DNA from: Lama guanicoe
Lineage: Eukaryota
NCBI GenBank assembly: GCA_013239625.1
Contig: MU053645.1
Coordinates: 984,274 to 1,048,273 of the forward strand
Direction: 5' to 3'
DNA length: 64,000 bases
Under the pieces are notes generated by a model that was not told the origin of the DNA, ran no database searches, and saw only the letters and a list, made by a program, of their open reading frames with translations. The position numbers and the translations under genes are program-made. Of the stretch, positions 13,592-27,020 are shown one piece after another; position 1 is the stretch's first letter, and each line of letters starts with the position of its first letter.

Positions 13592-13643
13592 TTGTCCTAG
13601 GGGTACATGCCACATACTACTCTGCCTCTCCTTAGTGCTACTT
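13592..13643 (-). pseudogene. Relic exon (52 nt)
   Basis: attatcttgtcag|AAGTAGCACT...GGACAA|gtgagt (consensus donor). SSTKERQSSMWHVPLGQ ends in phase 0, matching the next segment. Confidence 0.45.
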
Positions 13644-13914
13644 CTGACAAGATAATTTCAGAATTATTTGGTAAGGCAAATCTCAATGAAGAAAGGTAGA
13701 GATCCCATGCTCCTAGGGAAATTCTATCATTTTTTTCACATCAGGAATAAGTATATGTAAATTATTGATATTTGTTATATATACCAATATCTTCCATTTA
13801 ATAAGCATTGCAAGCAGCAGGACTAAAGATCTAATTTTGCTTCTTTCTGTAGACACACACAGATCAGCTTTTCTGTTTGTTGGTTTTTACTCCTATATTG
13901 ATACAATATACCAA

Positions 13915-14410
13915 AGTGGTTGTGGATTAGGAGTTCAAATCCTAGCTCTGCTTCTTACTAGCTCTATCACTTCGGAGACACTACTTATTTTCTCTAAACT
14001 TCAGTTTCCTCATCTGCAAAAGAAAAATAATGAGGTCGAACCTGTCTTGAAGGGCTGATGAAATGATTCAATAAACTAATGAATACATGGTGGTTAACTA
14101 TACTGTGTGCCTGGATCATCATAACTACCCAATAAACATCACTATAAAAAGATTGCACAATGTGAAGTTTAAGAGAAATGTGCGCCCTGAAGTTATACTG
14201 CCTAGGTTCAAATACCCAATCTACCACTTAATGGTTGTACGTTTTCAAAATACTCATCTACCCTCCTGAGTCTGTCTTCTCATCTCTAAAATAGAGGAAA
14301 TAAGAGAACCTACTCTGAAGGGCTACAGTGAATATCAACCGAGGTACTTCACATAAAGCTTTTAGCAGAGTGCCTCGCACACAGTGAGAACTCAACAAAT
14401 GTTAACAATT
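13915..14410 (+). mobile_element. Two tandem MIR SINE remnants
   Basis: MIR core wording ggagttcaaatcctagctctgcttcttactagct...cagtttcctcatctgcaaaa and ggttcaaatacccaatctaccactta...tctcatctctaaaatagagg. Confidence 0.8.
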
Positions 14411-14494
14411 GTGCAACAATGGTGACAACTATGTTAATAAGGAAAACCAAAACCTCTCAAGTCACATCTACAGACCAGACTACAGCCTAGTAAC

Positions 14495-14575
14495 CTGTAG
14501 GTGTTGCTCTCCCAGGATTCCCTGCTCATCTTCAAGCAACTCATAGTGCCTGACCATAAATCTTAAATTAATTCC
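14495..14575 (-). pseudogene. Possible relic exon (81 nt)
   Basis: gttgctaattttag|GGAATTAATT...ACCTACAG|gttact. The donor is weak; the length is a multiple of 3. Confidence 0.3.
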
Positions 14576-16135
14576 CTAAAATTAGCAACACTATCTCTTC
14601 CTTAACGTAAGTTTCTAATAAATAAATATCACTGATGTATTAAGAGCTTAGGAAACAGTCATAGGATTGAAGAAAGTCCAAAGCAAAAGAATATTGTGAG
14701 GTAGCGCTCAACTCTTTATAGGAGTCACCTGAGGCAGGAGCTCAGCTGAATGTGATTAATTGAAAGGACAATAAAAAGGTGGTAAGGTACTTGTAGTTAA
14801 CGTCAAGAAAAGAACACAGGAGTACAAAATGTAGGCAATAACATGGGGAAAAGTTTACAAGCCCTAAAGAAAACATTTCAGAAAAAGTGCAAAAGCTTAC
14901 AGGCTGACTTAGAATTTGTGAGAGGTCATTGACAAGCTATGTTTGGATACAGACTTGAAAAAGCATCATTTCTATAAGGCATATGGTTCCACTGTAGAAT
15001 ATGTGAAATATTTGGAAAAAAAGTGACATTTACATGAAATATACTTTGTGGCAGAGAGCTGGATGCTAAGGGAATTCAGAGGCACCAAACAGACCTGGAA
15101 TCTGAGAACTTTGTGCTGGGCATTAATGAAGATGTCAGGTGTGGATGTCAAAATGGATGAATGAATTGTTGCCCCAAACACACATGCTGGTTAACAACCT
15201 GCCAGAGATTGAGCAAAAACTACCTGGAGTTGAGTCAGATGAATAAAAAATGATGAAATCAGTAGCAGAAATAAAGACTGTAATAAGAAAGCCTGGGCTA
15301 CACAAGCAACACTTGAGACCCAATGCTAGAATTCTGGAACTGAGAATGCATGCTGACACTGGCAAGCCAAGCTCTCGGGGATAGTGTTGCTAGACAGAGC
15401 TCAACTGGGCCAGTGAACACCACTGGTATGAAACACAGATGTGAGCAGGTGGCATAGAAACTGCCCTCCTGCGGTGTTTTTGCAGAGGGTCCTTTTGGGC
15501 AAAGCATTTAATATAAGGCTGAGGCTCATAGGTCAAGAGAAATCAGCTCATGAACAAATAAAGGGCTAAATAGTTTTTTGAGGGGGCTCATATTTTTTAA
15601 CTACAAAAGATGCCATGAATTCCATTAAGTATGCCAATGTCACATTTGTTAAATCCATTTGCGACAGTAGAAACCTCCTATCATGCCTAAGGGGGCATAG
15701 GGACAAGATGCATTAATTTTTGATAACTTTGATTTTTGCATATAAGCCAACTCCAGAGCATGACACACCTTTTTTCCTAGTAAAATGGTAAAAACAACAA
15801 CAAATCATCTGTTTCTTGCCTGACATCCCAATCAGAAAGGTTATTGTTTCTTTAAGTAAATGAAATGCAATTGTACTTAATTTTCAAATATCTTTTACCA
15901 GAAATATATACAATCTATATTATCACCATCAATCCTGCCCAGATATAGCAAAGCCAACCCATTCTTCTCACCACCATCACTACCACCTACCTTGAAAATC
16001 CACACAAACCCCAATTTTTCCCATTATTACTTAAAATACCAACTTAACACAAGTCTTTTCAATTCTACAGAGTAACAGCACATATTTCAGTTCCCTTTAC
16101 TCAGGTGGTTCCCAATTTCCACCCAGAGCACATAC

Positions 16136-16241
16136 ATTTTTGGCCAGTGCTTTTTTCCATGGCTACTTGAGTTCTAGGAGCTAGAAAGCCTTGAAACTTC
16201 TTTAAGCAACATCAACTTTGCTTATTCCCTAGAGTCTCATT
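16136..16241 (-). pseudogene. Relic exon (106 nt)
   Basis: Strong acceptor atgtttttttctctccttttctgtgccag| and donor |gtatgt. Reads NETL then, frameshifted, E*AKLMLLKEVSRLSSS. Confidence 0.5.
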
Positions 16242-16754
16242 CTGGCACAGAAAAGGAGAGAAAAAAACATTTCATTGGAATACTTGATTAAGTGTGGAAC
16301 AGCCCCAACCTGATAAAGAAAAAATATAACTCTCTCAGTATGACTAAATCTAAAAGGTTTCTTCAAGTCTCTTGGGCCAGATTGACTTTGAGTCACTAAG
16401 CACTATGCTCTAACACGCTCTCTATGCAGGCTAAGAAAGAGACTAAAGGATTGACAAGACAATTACTGGAAAATTCTAAAGGAATGGGGACAAGCTGGGC
16501 TAGTACCTATACTGAATCTAATCAAATGTTGACCCAAATATTGAGTTTGACTTTGCTCCTGCCCACACATGTAGACTGGAGATACACCAAGTGGCTAGAA
16601 TGCTACCATCAATTTTTATCAAACACTAGAGATTTGGCTCTGGTACTTCCAAGTAACCAAACACTCCCTTAAGTGATGACAACATCACTTGTCATGTTTC
16701 TTAAGAAGGTAATAGACATTGATGTGCCAGTCATACACTGGCTAATTACTTATT

Positions 16755-16980
16755 TTAATTATTGAAATATAGTCTGTTTATATAGTAACGTGTCAATTTC
16801 TGGTATACAGCATGTTTCAGTCATATATATATACATGCATATATTCATTTTCATATTCTTTTTCATTACATGTTACTACAATATATTGAATATAATCCCC
16901 TGTGTTATACAGAAGAAACTTGTTGTTAATCAATTTTATATATAGCAGTATTTGCAAATCTCCAACTCCCAATTTATACA
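16755..16980 (-). mobile_element. Young lineage-specific L1 3' tail fragment
   Basis: attgaaatatagtc...gtgtcaatttctggtatacagcat...ttgcaaatctc is the reverse complement of the same L1 tail seen at 22140-22335 and 37630-37835. Confidence 0.85.
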
Positions 16981-18486
16981 CTGACTATTTAATCATGTTG
17001 TATGCTATAGAATATAGAAAGAAAACTGTCATGATGGACACTCAAGTTAAAAAGGAAATATGCTTGATTTTATGGAGAGGAAAAATTTGTAGACTAGAAG
17101 GGAAGGAGTTTACAATTAAGGTAAACTCCAAATTCTATTTCATGCTTCCTTAAATATCTTCATAATTTTGTATTTTTCGGTGAAAAATAAAGGTGGGGAA
17201 AATCCAGTAACACACTGCAATGTCAGTTTAGGGCTTTAGTTTCAGAAAGTATTCTAAACTTCATCCATTCAACATTAATTCAACAAATCTAGAAACTATT
17301 TTGCATACATAGTATTGGGCAATGTGCTTTGGGGAATATAAAAGTTCATAATTTACCACTCTTGACTTCAAAAGCACTAAAGTTAAACAACAATACAAAA
17401 TTTTTTTAATTAAAAATAAAATAACAACAAAGTGATAGAGAGGAATAAGAATGTAGTAATGATAATAAATACTACAATAAAAAAAAGAATATATAACAGG
17501 GAGTTGCAGGGTTGCTGGCAGGGTCAGGAAATCTTCATGGAGGTGATTGAGACTGCACTGAACTTCCTAAAATATGAAAGATTTAAATTGCAAAAGAGGT
17601 AGGAAGATGAGTGGACTTGGGAATGGTAATATTTTAGCTTTTCTTCAATGGCAAAAATGAGTTTGCATTAAGTTCACCAAATTAATGTACATGGCCCTCC
17701 TTCTTAGAGTCACAGAATCTTAGAGTTAAGATAACCTAGTACAAATATTTTCATTTACAGATAAGGAAATTGAGGTCCTGAGGATTATTAATCTTCCCAA
17801 AGTCACACAGCTAGTCCAAGGTGAAGGGATGGTTGATTCCTGGTCCAGATTCCTGGTACATAGAGAAAAGTCTAAAGCCACAGAAAAGTGAGACCCACTG
17901 GTTCATCAGATTGAATCCCTGACTAAGATTATTAATGCTAGTTAGTTCTAAACAATGGTGTTTACTTGCCACAAAGAACCCTTTGCAATGGAACAATTCA
18001 AAAGTAAATGAAAGAACAATGTGTCAAGCAAAACTGCCAAAATAAAGCAAGTCCTAATGCTAATATGGTACCTACAGGTCTGAAAAATACCTTCATATGA
18101 TGCACTGCACCAAGTATGATGCAAGGTGGTTGGAGAGGACAATAATGGTCATTTCAAAACAGTCATGGACTCATTTTAAAAGATGTACTTTTTAAGTGAA
18201 CACAATAAGACTATCACCACCATGACTCCAATATACTGCTCACATTGGCCAAATTCAGGACAATCCAGTCTTTACACCAAATACTGGCACTGCATAAGAG
18301 TTTGACGCAACAGAGATGATGTGAATTTGGGCCTGGAATATATTTTATAAAAAGCAGTGACCCAAAATAATATTTTATTTGTGGAAACCATGAACAAAAA
18401 GACATTTCCATAAAGTTATAATCTTTAGGTCTCTGTAGTTTGAAAATCTGGAAATGACCATGACAGAATTGTGCCATGAAACATAC

Positions 18487-18659
18487 CTGAACCTCAGTAA
18501 CACATCCAGCACACCTCAAGCAATTCTGCAGTTAATCCTTATAATTTTTTCAGGTTTCTTTCAGATACTGGAGCTGTTTTTCCAAGAGAATTCTAAGCAT
18601 TTATATCAAGTGATCAGAGTGTCTTTTTATTTCACCCAATGCTCCTCTGATGAAGCTAA
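18487..18659 (-). pseudogene. Relic exon (173 nt)
   Basis: tttcctcaccatcttctgtgtag|TTAGCTTCA...GAGGTTCAG|gtatgt. Reads LASSEEHWVK*KDTLIT*YKCLE / LGKQLQYLKET*KNYKD*LQNCLRCAGCVTEVQ. Confidence 0.55.
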
Positions 18660-19009
18660 CTACACAGAAGATGGTGAGGAAATACATGTTGCTCATTTGT
18701 TTATAAATGATTAAGATTGGTCATCATGGATTTTGGTATCAATAAATGATAAGTTGGTTGGTGGAAAAGCTATGTTATTTAAATTCCAACATGTGTCATG
18801 ATCCTCTCAATTTGTTTGCACAAATCAATATATCATGGAAATCAATTCTATCTTGGTATATCAGTGAGAATTCCAGAGCTGGGAAGGATCATAAAGATCA
18901 CCAGATTGAGCTTCCTCTCTTTGGTAATGGGGATCCTCCAATCTTCAAAAGTAACTCATTCATTTTCTCGTTTAATGCATTGCATTGAAGTTTCTCTGTA
19001 GGTCAAAAT

Positions 19010-22000
19010 ATTCTCCCTGGGGTTGGATCAGAGAAAGTAACAACCTCCATAAATCATATCCATAAAAACAATGAGGATACCAGTAAAAACTGTCAGAATC
19101 CACTTTTTCACAAATCTGGAAATGAATCAAATGCTTGCATTAATGTGGAGAGAATTTATTTAAGAAAAATGACAATCTCAAAGGAGCTTAGAAATCTGTC
19201 ATTTTAATTTGTCCTGCTCGCATCACCCCTCTCCAACTCTGCAGTAGACTTAAAAATCAAGAGCCCACACACACAATCACAGTGAAAATGAACAATTTGA
19301 CAGTCACTGGAGGGAGAAGAATCAGTTGGAGCTCCTTCAAAGCCCCATTCCCAGAGTATTTAATAATAAGAGACCAGGAGAATTCTGTTTCATTAAATGT
19401 AGACTATCAATAAAGAGATAGAAGTTCTGATCTTAAAAGTACAATAAATGAAATGAAAACTCCATGAGAGGGATTCAACAGCAGATTTGAGTAGGCAGTA
19501 GAAAGAACAGCAAACTTAGGATAGGTTAATTTGAAACTATCCCATCAAAAGACAATGAAGAGAAATGAACAGAGACTAAGGAACCTTAATGGTTTCATTA
19601 AGCATTCCAACACGTGCCCTTTGGGAATCCCAGAAAGAGAAGAGTGAAACGAGAGAAGAAAGAATATTTGAAGAAATAACAAAGAACTTCTCAAATGTGA
19701 TTAAAAACTTTAAGATACACATGCAAGAGGCTCAAAGAACTCTAAGTCAAACTCAGAGATCCTTACCGAGACACATCATATTCAAAGTGTAAAAACACAA
19801 AGAAAAAATAATAAAAGCAGCAAGAGAGAAGCAACATATCATGTACAAGGGATGGAAAATAAATTAACAGTTGATTTATCATCATACATCATGGAAGCAA
19901 GAAGGGCTACATAAACAAAACCAGAGAAGCTTTCATTAACAAGTCTGCCTTATAAGAAATATTAAAGGAAATTATTTAGGAAGAAATGATAAGGAACTAG
20001 ATATTAACTTGAATCCCCAAGAAGGAATAAAAAGCACCATTAAAGGAAACTATATAGGTAAATATCAAAAATAGTATAAATCCATTTTAATACTTTTCTT
20101 CTCCTATCTCATTTAAAAGACAACAAAGAATCTGAAAATTTCTATGTAACTGCAAAAGACCCAGAATAGCCAAAGCAATGTTGAAAAAGAACAAACCTGG
20201 AAGTGCCATGCTCCTTGATTTCAAACTATAATACAATGCTATAGTAATCAAAATGGAATGGTATTGGAATAAAAACAGATACAAAGATCAATGAAACAGA
20301 CTAGAGAGCAAATAAACCCACACATATATAATTAATTATTCATGACAGAAAAGAAGAATATACAATGGAGAAAGGACAGTGTCTTCAATAAATGGTATTA
20401 GGAAAACTGGACAACCACATGCAAAAGGATGAAAGTGGACCACTATTTTAGTGCATACACAAAAATTAACTCAAAAAGGATTAAAGACTTGACTATAAAA
20501 CCTGAAACCACAAAATTCCTAGACAAAAACTATAAGCAGTAATCTCTTGATATCAGTTTTGGCAAAGCTTTTTTGAATTTCACAGCAAAAGCAAAAATAA
20601 GTAAGTGGGACTCCTTCAAACTAAAAAGCATCTGTACAGCAAAGAAATGATCAACAACAAAAAAATGCAACCTATCAAATGCGAGAAAACATTTTCAAAT
20701 CATGTATCTGAGAAGGGGCTAATATCCAAAAATACATAAATAACTCATACAACTCAATAGCAAAAAAAAAAAAAACTAATTAAAATATGGCTGGAGTTCG
20801 TGAGTAGCCATTTTTTCCCCAAAAAGACATGTAAATGGTCAACAGGTGCATGAAAAGGTGCTCAACATCAATAATCATTAGGGAAATGCAAATCAAAATC
20901 ACTGTGAGCTATCACCCCACAGCTTTTAGAATGGCTATTATCAAAAAGACAGGAAATAACAAGGGTTGTTGAGGATATGGAAAAAGGGAACCCTTTTGCA
21001 CTGTTGGGAGTGTAAATTGTTGCAACCACTATGGAAAATGTTGTACACCAACTTCCTTGAACAATTTAAAATGCAATCACCGTATGATCCAGCAGTTCTA
21101 TTTCTGTGTATTTATCCAAAGAAAATTTTAAAAAATACTATTGTGAAAAGATATATGCACCCTCATGTTCATTACAGCATTATTTACAATAGCCAAGACA
21201 TGGCAACAGCTTAAATGTCCACCAACAGAAGAATGGATAAAGAAGATGCAGTATGAATATACAATAGAGTATTAGTCATTAAAAAAAAGAAAGAAATACT
21301 GCCATTTGAGACAACATGGATGGACCCTGAGAGCATTACACTAAGGGAAATAAGTCAGACATGATCTATCTATATTCTGTATATAAGAGACGCACTTTAG
21401 ATTCAAAGACTCAAACAGGTTTAAAGTAAAAGAATAGGAAAAGATACATCACATAAACAGTAATAAAAAAAGCTGAAGCAATTATTCTGATATAAAACAA
21501 AATAAAATTTGAGAAAAAATTGTTACTAGAAACAAAAAAGAACATTTTACATGATAAAAGGAAAAATTTGTCACGTAGACATAACAAGAATAAATACATA
21601 TGGGCAACATAACAAAGTCGCAAAATAGATGAAGCAAAAACTGACAAAATTAAAGGGTGAAATAGACAATTTCACAGTAACAATCGGAGACTTGAATATT
21701 TCACTTTCAATAATAGAACAACTAGAGAGACGATCAATAAAGCAACTATTTGAACACTATAAACCAACTAAACTTATAAACAACTATAGAATAACCTAAA
21801 TGTCAATCAACAGATGACTGGATAAAGAAGCTGTGGTATATTTATACAATAGAATACTACTCAGCCATAAAAAATAATAAAATAATGCCATTTGCAACAA
21901 TATGGATGGACTTGGAGATCGTCATTCTAAGTGAAGTAAGCCAGAAAGAGAAAAAAAAAAATACCCTATGATATCACTTAAAGTGAAATCTTAAAACACA

Positions 22001-25000
22001 CACACACACACACACATACAGACAAACAAACTTATTTACAAAATAGAAACATCCTCACAGACATAGAAAATAAACTTATGGTTACCATGGGGGATGTGGG
22101 TGGGAAGGGATAAATCGAGACTTCAAGATTTACAGAAACTAACTAATATATAAAAAACAGATAAACAACAAGTTTATACTGTATAGCATATAGAGCTATA
22201 TCCAATATCTTATAGTACCTTATGGTGAAAAAGAATATGAAAACAAATACATGTACGTTCACGTATGACTGAGGCATTATGCTGTACACCAGAAATTGAC
22301 ACAACATTGTAAACTGACTATACTTAAATAAAAAATATATATACGAAAAAAGAATATGCCATAAAACAGTAGCAAAAAAATATATATATATATAGAAAAA
22401 ACAAGAATATGCCATATAACAGCAGCTGTTTCTCAACAGCATACAGAACATTCTCCAAGATAGATCATATGATAGACCACAAAACAAATGTCAATAGATT
22501 TAAAAGTATTTAAATCATACCAAATATCTTCTTTGACCGCAATGAAATGAAATTAGAATCAATACCTGGAAATAACTGTTGAATACATAGTAGCAGAGGG
22601 TAGAACAGTGGTCACAAGGTACAGGAAGGTGGGAGAAATGGAGAGATGATGTTCAATGGATACCAAGTTGCAGTTATGTAGGATAAATAAGCCTACAGAT
22701 CTAATGTACAGCATGATGGCGCCAGTTAATAATACCATATTGAATACTGAGATTTGCTAAGAGAATAGATTTCAGGTGCTGTCATCATACACACCAAAAA
22801 TCGTAACTATGTGAGCAGATGATATATTAATTAACTTGACTGTAGCCATCATCTCCCTATGTATATGCATATTAAATCATAATGGTGTACACCTTAAATA
22901 TATACAATTTTTATTAAAAAGAATAAATAAGAATAAACTAGTAAAAGTATACCCAAAAAGTCAGCAAAGGAATATAAATAATAGTAGAGTCAAAATAAAT
23001 AAAACTGATAATAGAAAAATAAGATGAAGTAATCAAAAAATTGACAAACCTTGATCTATATTCACAAAAAAAAAGACTCAAATTACTAAAAATCAGAAAT
23101 TAAATAAGAGAACATCACTATTAAATTCACGGTAATCAAAAATATGACAAGGGAATATTATCATATGTCAACAAACTAGATAATGCAAAGGATAAATTCC
23201 TAGAAAGACACAAATTTTTTAGAGTGATTCAAGAAGATATAGAAAATCTGAGTAGACATCTACCAAGAGGTTGAAAAATTAAACAAGAAGCTTCTCACAA
23301 AGAGAAACCCAAGACCAAATGTTATCATTTGTAAATTTCTAAAATTTTGAAGTAGTGCTAATACCACTACTTCTCCAACTATTTCAAAAAATAGAAGAGG
23401 ATGAGCTACTTCCTGAGTCATTTTATGAGGCCAGTATTACCATGATGTCAAAACCAGACACAGACAGCACAAGAAAACTATAAACACATATGCTACAAAT
23501 ATAGACACAAAATTTCTCAACAAAATACTAGCAAACTAAATCTGATAATATATGAAAAGGATTATAATCTATGATAAACTGAGAATCATCCTGAGAAATG
23601 CAAGATTGATTCAACATTTTAAAATCAACTAATAAAACACATTATAATAGAAAAAGGGGAAAAATACATAACCATCTCAATAGATGAAGAAAAAAGTATT
23701 TTTAAAAAACCTAACACCATTTCATGATAAAAACACTCAACAAACTAAGAACAGAAGCAAAATTCCTTAACCTGATGAAAATTATATATGTAAAACCCAT
23801 GCTTGCTTCATACTTAATGGTGAAAGACTGAAAGTTTTCCCTTTAAGATCAAGGAGACAAGGATGTTTGCCCTCTCCATTTCTACTCAACATTGTGCTAG
23901 AGGAACTAGCCATGGCAAGTGGACAAGAACATTAAGGAAACACATCCAGATTAGAAAAGAAGAAGTAAAATTATCCCTATTGCAGATAACATCATCTTTA
24001 TATACAAAATTCTTCGAATAAACCAAAAAGATTAGAATTAATACACTAGTTAGGCAAAGTTGCATAGTGTAAGAACAACATACCAAATTCAATTATATTT
24101 CTATACAATGGCATTGAAAAGTCCAAAAATATAATTAAGAAAATAATTTCACTTACAATAAGTCATAAAAATAAAATAGTTAAGAAAAAATTTAACATGA
24201 TATACTATTTGTACACTAAAAACCACAAAGCATTGTTGAAATAAAATAAGACCTAAATACATAAATAAATGGAAAATAGTCCCATATAAATGGATTGGAA
24301 ATTTTAATATTGTTAAGGTGTCAATACTTCTCAAATTAATATATTCAGTAACTATCAAAATGCCAGCTCACTTTTTTTTTAGCAGAAATTAATAAGCCAA
24401 TCCTAAAATTCATATAGAATTTCAAGGGATCCAGAATACCAAATATAATCTTAAAACAGAATAAAGTAGAAGGACTCACACTTCCTAGTATCAAAACTTA
24501 CTAGAAAGCTACAGTAATCAGAACAGCATGGTACTGGCATAAGGACAGACATATAAGTCAATGGAATATAAATGATATTCCAGAAATAAATCCATCCACC
24601 TCTGGTCAATTGCTCTTAGACAAGGACATCAAGATCATTTAATGGAGAAAGAATAGTCTTTTCAACAAATGAGTCTGGGACAACTTGATAACTACTTGCA
24701 AAAAAAATTAATTTGGATCACTTCCTCACGCCATATACAAAAATGGTAACTTTCAATGTAAGAGCTAAAACTATAAAAATTTTAAATGAAAACATAGGTA
24801 TAAATCCTCATGATCTTGGATTATGCAATATTTTCTTAGATATGACACCAAAAAGCATAAGCAACCAAAGAAAAACAAATTGGACAGTATCAAAATTAAA
24901 ACTTTTTGTGCTTCCAAGGACACAATCAGGAAAACAAAAAAGACAACTCACAGAATGTGAAAAATATTTATAAATCACTTATCTTATAAGAGACATGTAT

Positions 25001-25990
25001 CCAGAATATATAAAGAACTCTTAAAATTCAGCAATAAAAAGACCAATAATCTAATTATAAAATAAACTAAAGATATGAAAAGACCTTTCTCCAGTAAGCA
25101 TGAAAAGATGCTCAAAATCACTAGTCATCAGGGAAATGCAAATCACAATGAGATACCACTTGAAACCCATTAGTTTGGACATCATCAAAGACTGCTATTG
25201 TGTTAGTGTGAAAATAGAAAATTAGAACCCTCATACATCACTGATGGGAATGTAAATACTATAGTCACTTTGGAAACAGCTTGGCATTTCCTGATAGGGT
25301 TAAGCACAGAGTTATCATATGACTCAGCAATTCTACTCCTAGGTATATACCCAAGAGAAATAAGAACATAAGTTGACACAAAAACTTATAGGGTGGGGGT
25401 ATAGCTCAGTTGGTAGAGCACATGCTGAATACGCATGAAGTATTTGGTTCAATTCCCAGTACCTCCATTTGAAAAAGAAAAAAAAAATTAGAGAATTAGA
25501 GAAACCAAAATGAAAAAAACTAATAGAAGAGTGTTCATAGCAGCATTATTCACGATAGCCCAAAAGAGGAAACAATCAAAATGTATATCAGTTTCTAAAA
25601 TAGATATACAAAATGTGATACATCCATACAAAAGAATGTTAGCTTTAAATGATATTCTGATATATGCTACAAAATGGATAAAATGTGAAAATATTATGCT
25701 AAGTGAAAACCAGACAGAAAATCCCATGTATCATATGATTCCATTTATTCGAAATAAGCAGAATAGGCAAATTCACAAAGGACAGAGTGCACTGGTGGTT
25801 TCCAGACTTAAGAAGCAAGGGTGGTGGAGGTGGGGGCTGGGTAGGGGCAATGGCTGCTAATATGTTTACTTTTGAGGTAATGAAAATATTCTGGAGTTAG
25901 AAAGTGGTGATGGTTACATAACATTATGACTATACTAAAAACCACACCAAATTATACATGCTAAAAGAGTGAATTTTAAGGCATTGGGTA
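19010..25990 (+). mobile_element. Near full-length, decayed old L1 (5' region, ORF1, ORF2 EN/RT, 3' UTR) with nested younger elements
   Basis: ORF1-like peptide (ERIFEEITKNFSNVIKNFKIHMQEAQRT...PRHIIFK), RT-region DNA (aatctcaatagatg..., ttgcagataacatcatcttta) and ORF2 end (DHFLTPYTK...). Nested L1 pieces at ~20125-21360, ~21795-22345 and ~22585-22920. Confidence 0.85.
25391..25514 (+). mobile_element. tRNA-derived SINE, camelid Vic-1-like
   Basis: gggtgggggtatagctcagttggtagagcacatgctgaatacgcatgaagtatttggttcaattcccagtacctcca with Pol III A box (25402-25413), B box (25446-25456), an A-rich tail and an imperfect TSD aaaaacttata/aaaaactaata (25380-25390, 25515-25525). Confidence 0.85.
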
Positions 25991-26329
25991 TTACACATAA
26001 ATTGAAAGAATTCTTCCCCTTTCAGGTAAAATAAAGTTAAATTTGGAATGGACCTTAAAGTTGAATGATATCATTAACAAAAAGCAAAATGTACAAGAAA
26101 GAGATCCTGTGTCCACCACTCAGATTTTACAAATATAAACAAAGTTTTGCCAAATTTAGTTCAGATTTTTCTCCTGTTTATATAAATAGAACATCAGCAA
26201 TATAGTTAAAGCATTTCCCCATCCCTTCTTCCCTAGAGGGACCCACTATTTTGACGTTGTGTAGCTATAGCATGCATGTTTCATAATTTTGTTACTGATA
26301 ACTGTAAATATTTTGTTTGAAAAATGTAT

Positions 26330-27020
26330 GTAGGTGGTCTCTTAGTTTGGCATCCCTAGAAAGCAGAGCCCGAGGCAAAATCTTATGTGCCGCTGCTAGT
26401 ATTTGGCAGTATCAACTCACAGTAGTGAAGTAAGGGAAAAGGAGAGCAAAGCAGGGGAAAAAAGAGAGCTAGGAAAAGCATGAAGTTGAGCTGGCCACTG
26501 CTTTATATCACATCTGATTACTTGATAGCACCGCTGACTACTTGATTTCAAGGCGCCGTTTTACTCAGAGACTACATCAACTACAGCAACTCAGAAGAGT
26601 AAATCTGGGTGAAGGGGAAGAGAAGAAATTATCTGCCAGCAACAGTCTCCACTGCTCACTCTCCCCACGGATCATGTCTTCCCTCACACTTCTGGGTTGT
26701 GTAGACAAAGGTGCTGAGTGGGTCCCATGGCACTTCCTGCTTCGGTGGCAAGATGTGAGTCACTTTGCACAGATGTGAAGCAACGTTGTACCCTTTGTAA
26801 AGTCAGTATAAGTTCAACCAGAACTACAGAATACTCCCTAAAGATTGGCTGGGGCAGAAAAAGTACCAAAGAGCCACCCAGAGACCTTTTTTATTGTAGT
26901 ATAGTCAGTTTACAATGTTGTGTCAACTTCCGATGTACAGCACACAGTTTCAGTCATACATGTACATACATATATTCAGAGACTTTTAAAACAGAGAGGA
27001 TCCAAAGTGTGCCATGAGAA
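26330..27020. mobile_element. ERVL-type solo LTR (LTR33-like) interrupted by a ~90-bp L1 tail
   Basis: cttagtttggcatccctagaaagcagagcccgaggcaaaat resembles an LTR33-family end. The L1 tail at ~26890-26976 lies between cagagaccttt and cagagactttt. Confidence 0.5.

Noticed and set aside
18214..18714. ORFs 18214..18519 (-) and 18454..18714 (+) as possible small genes
   Set aside because: Neither resembles a known protein. The plus ORF is antisense to the relic exon, and the minus ORF runs through its donor site into intron-like sequence.
25395..25467. Possible tRNA gene
   Set aside because: The anticodon and T arms are degenerate, and the A-rich tail, TSD and location inside an L1 indicate a SINE.
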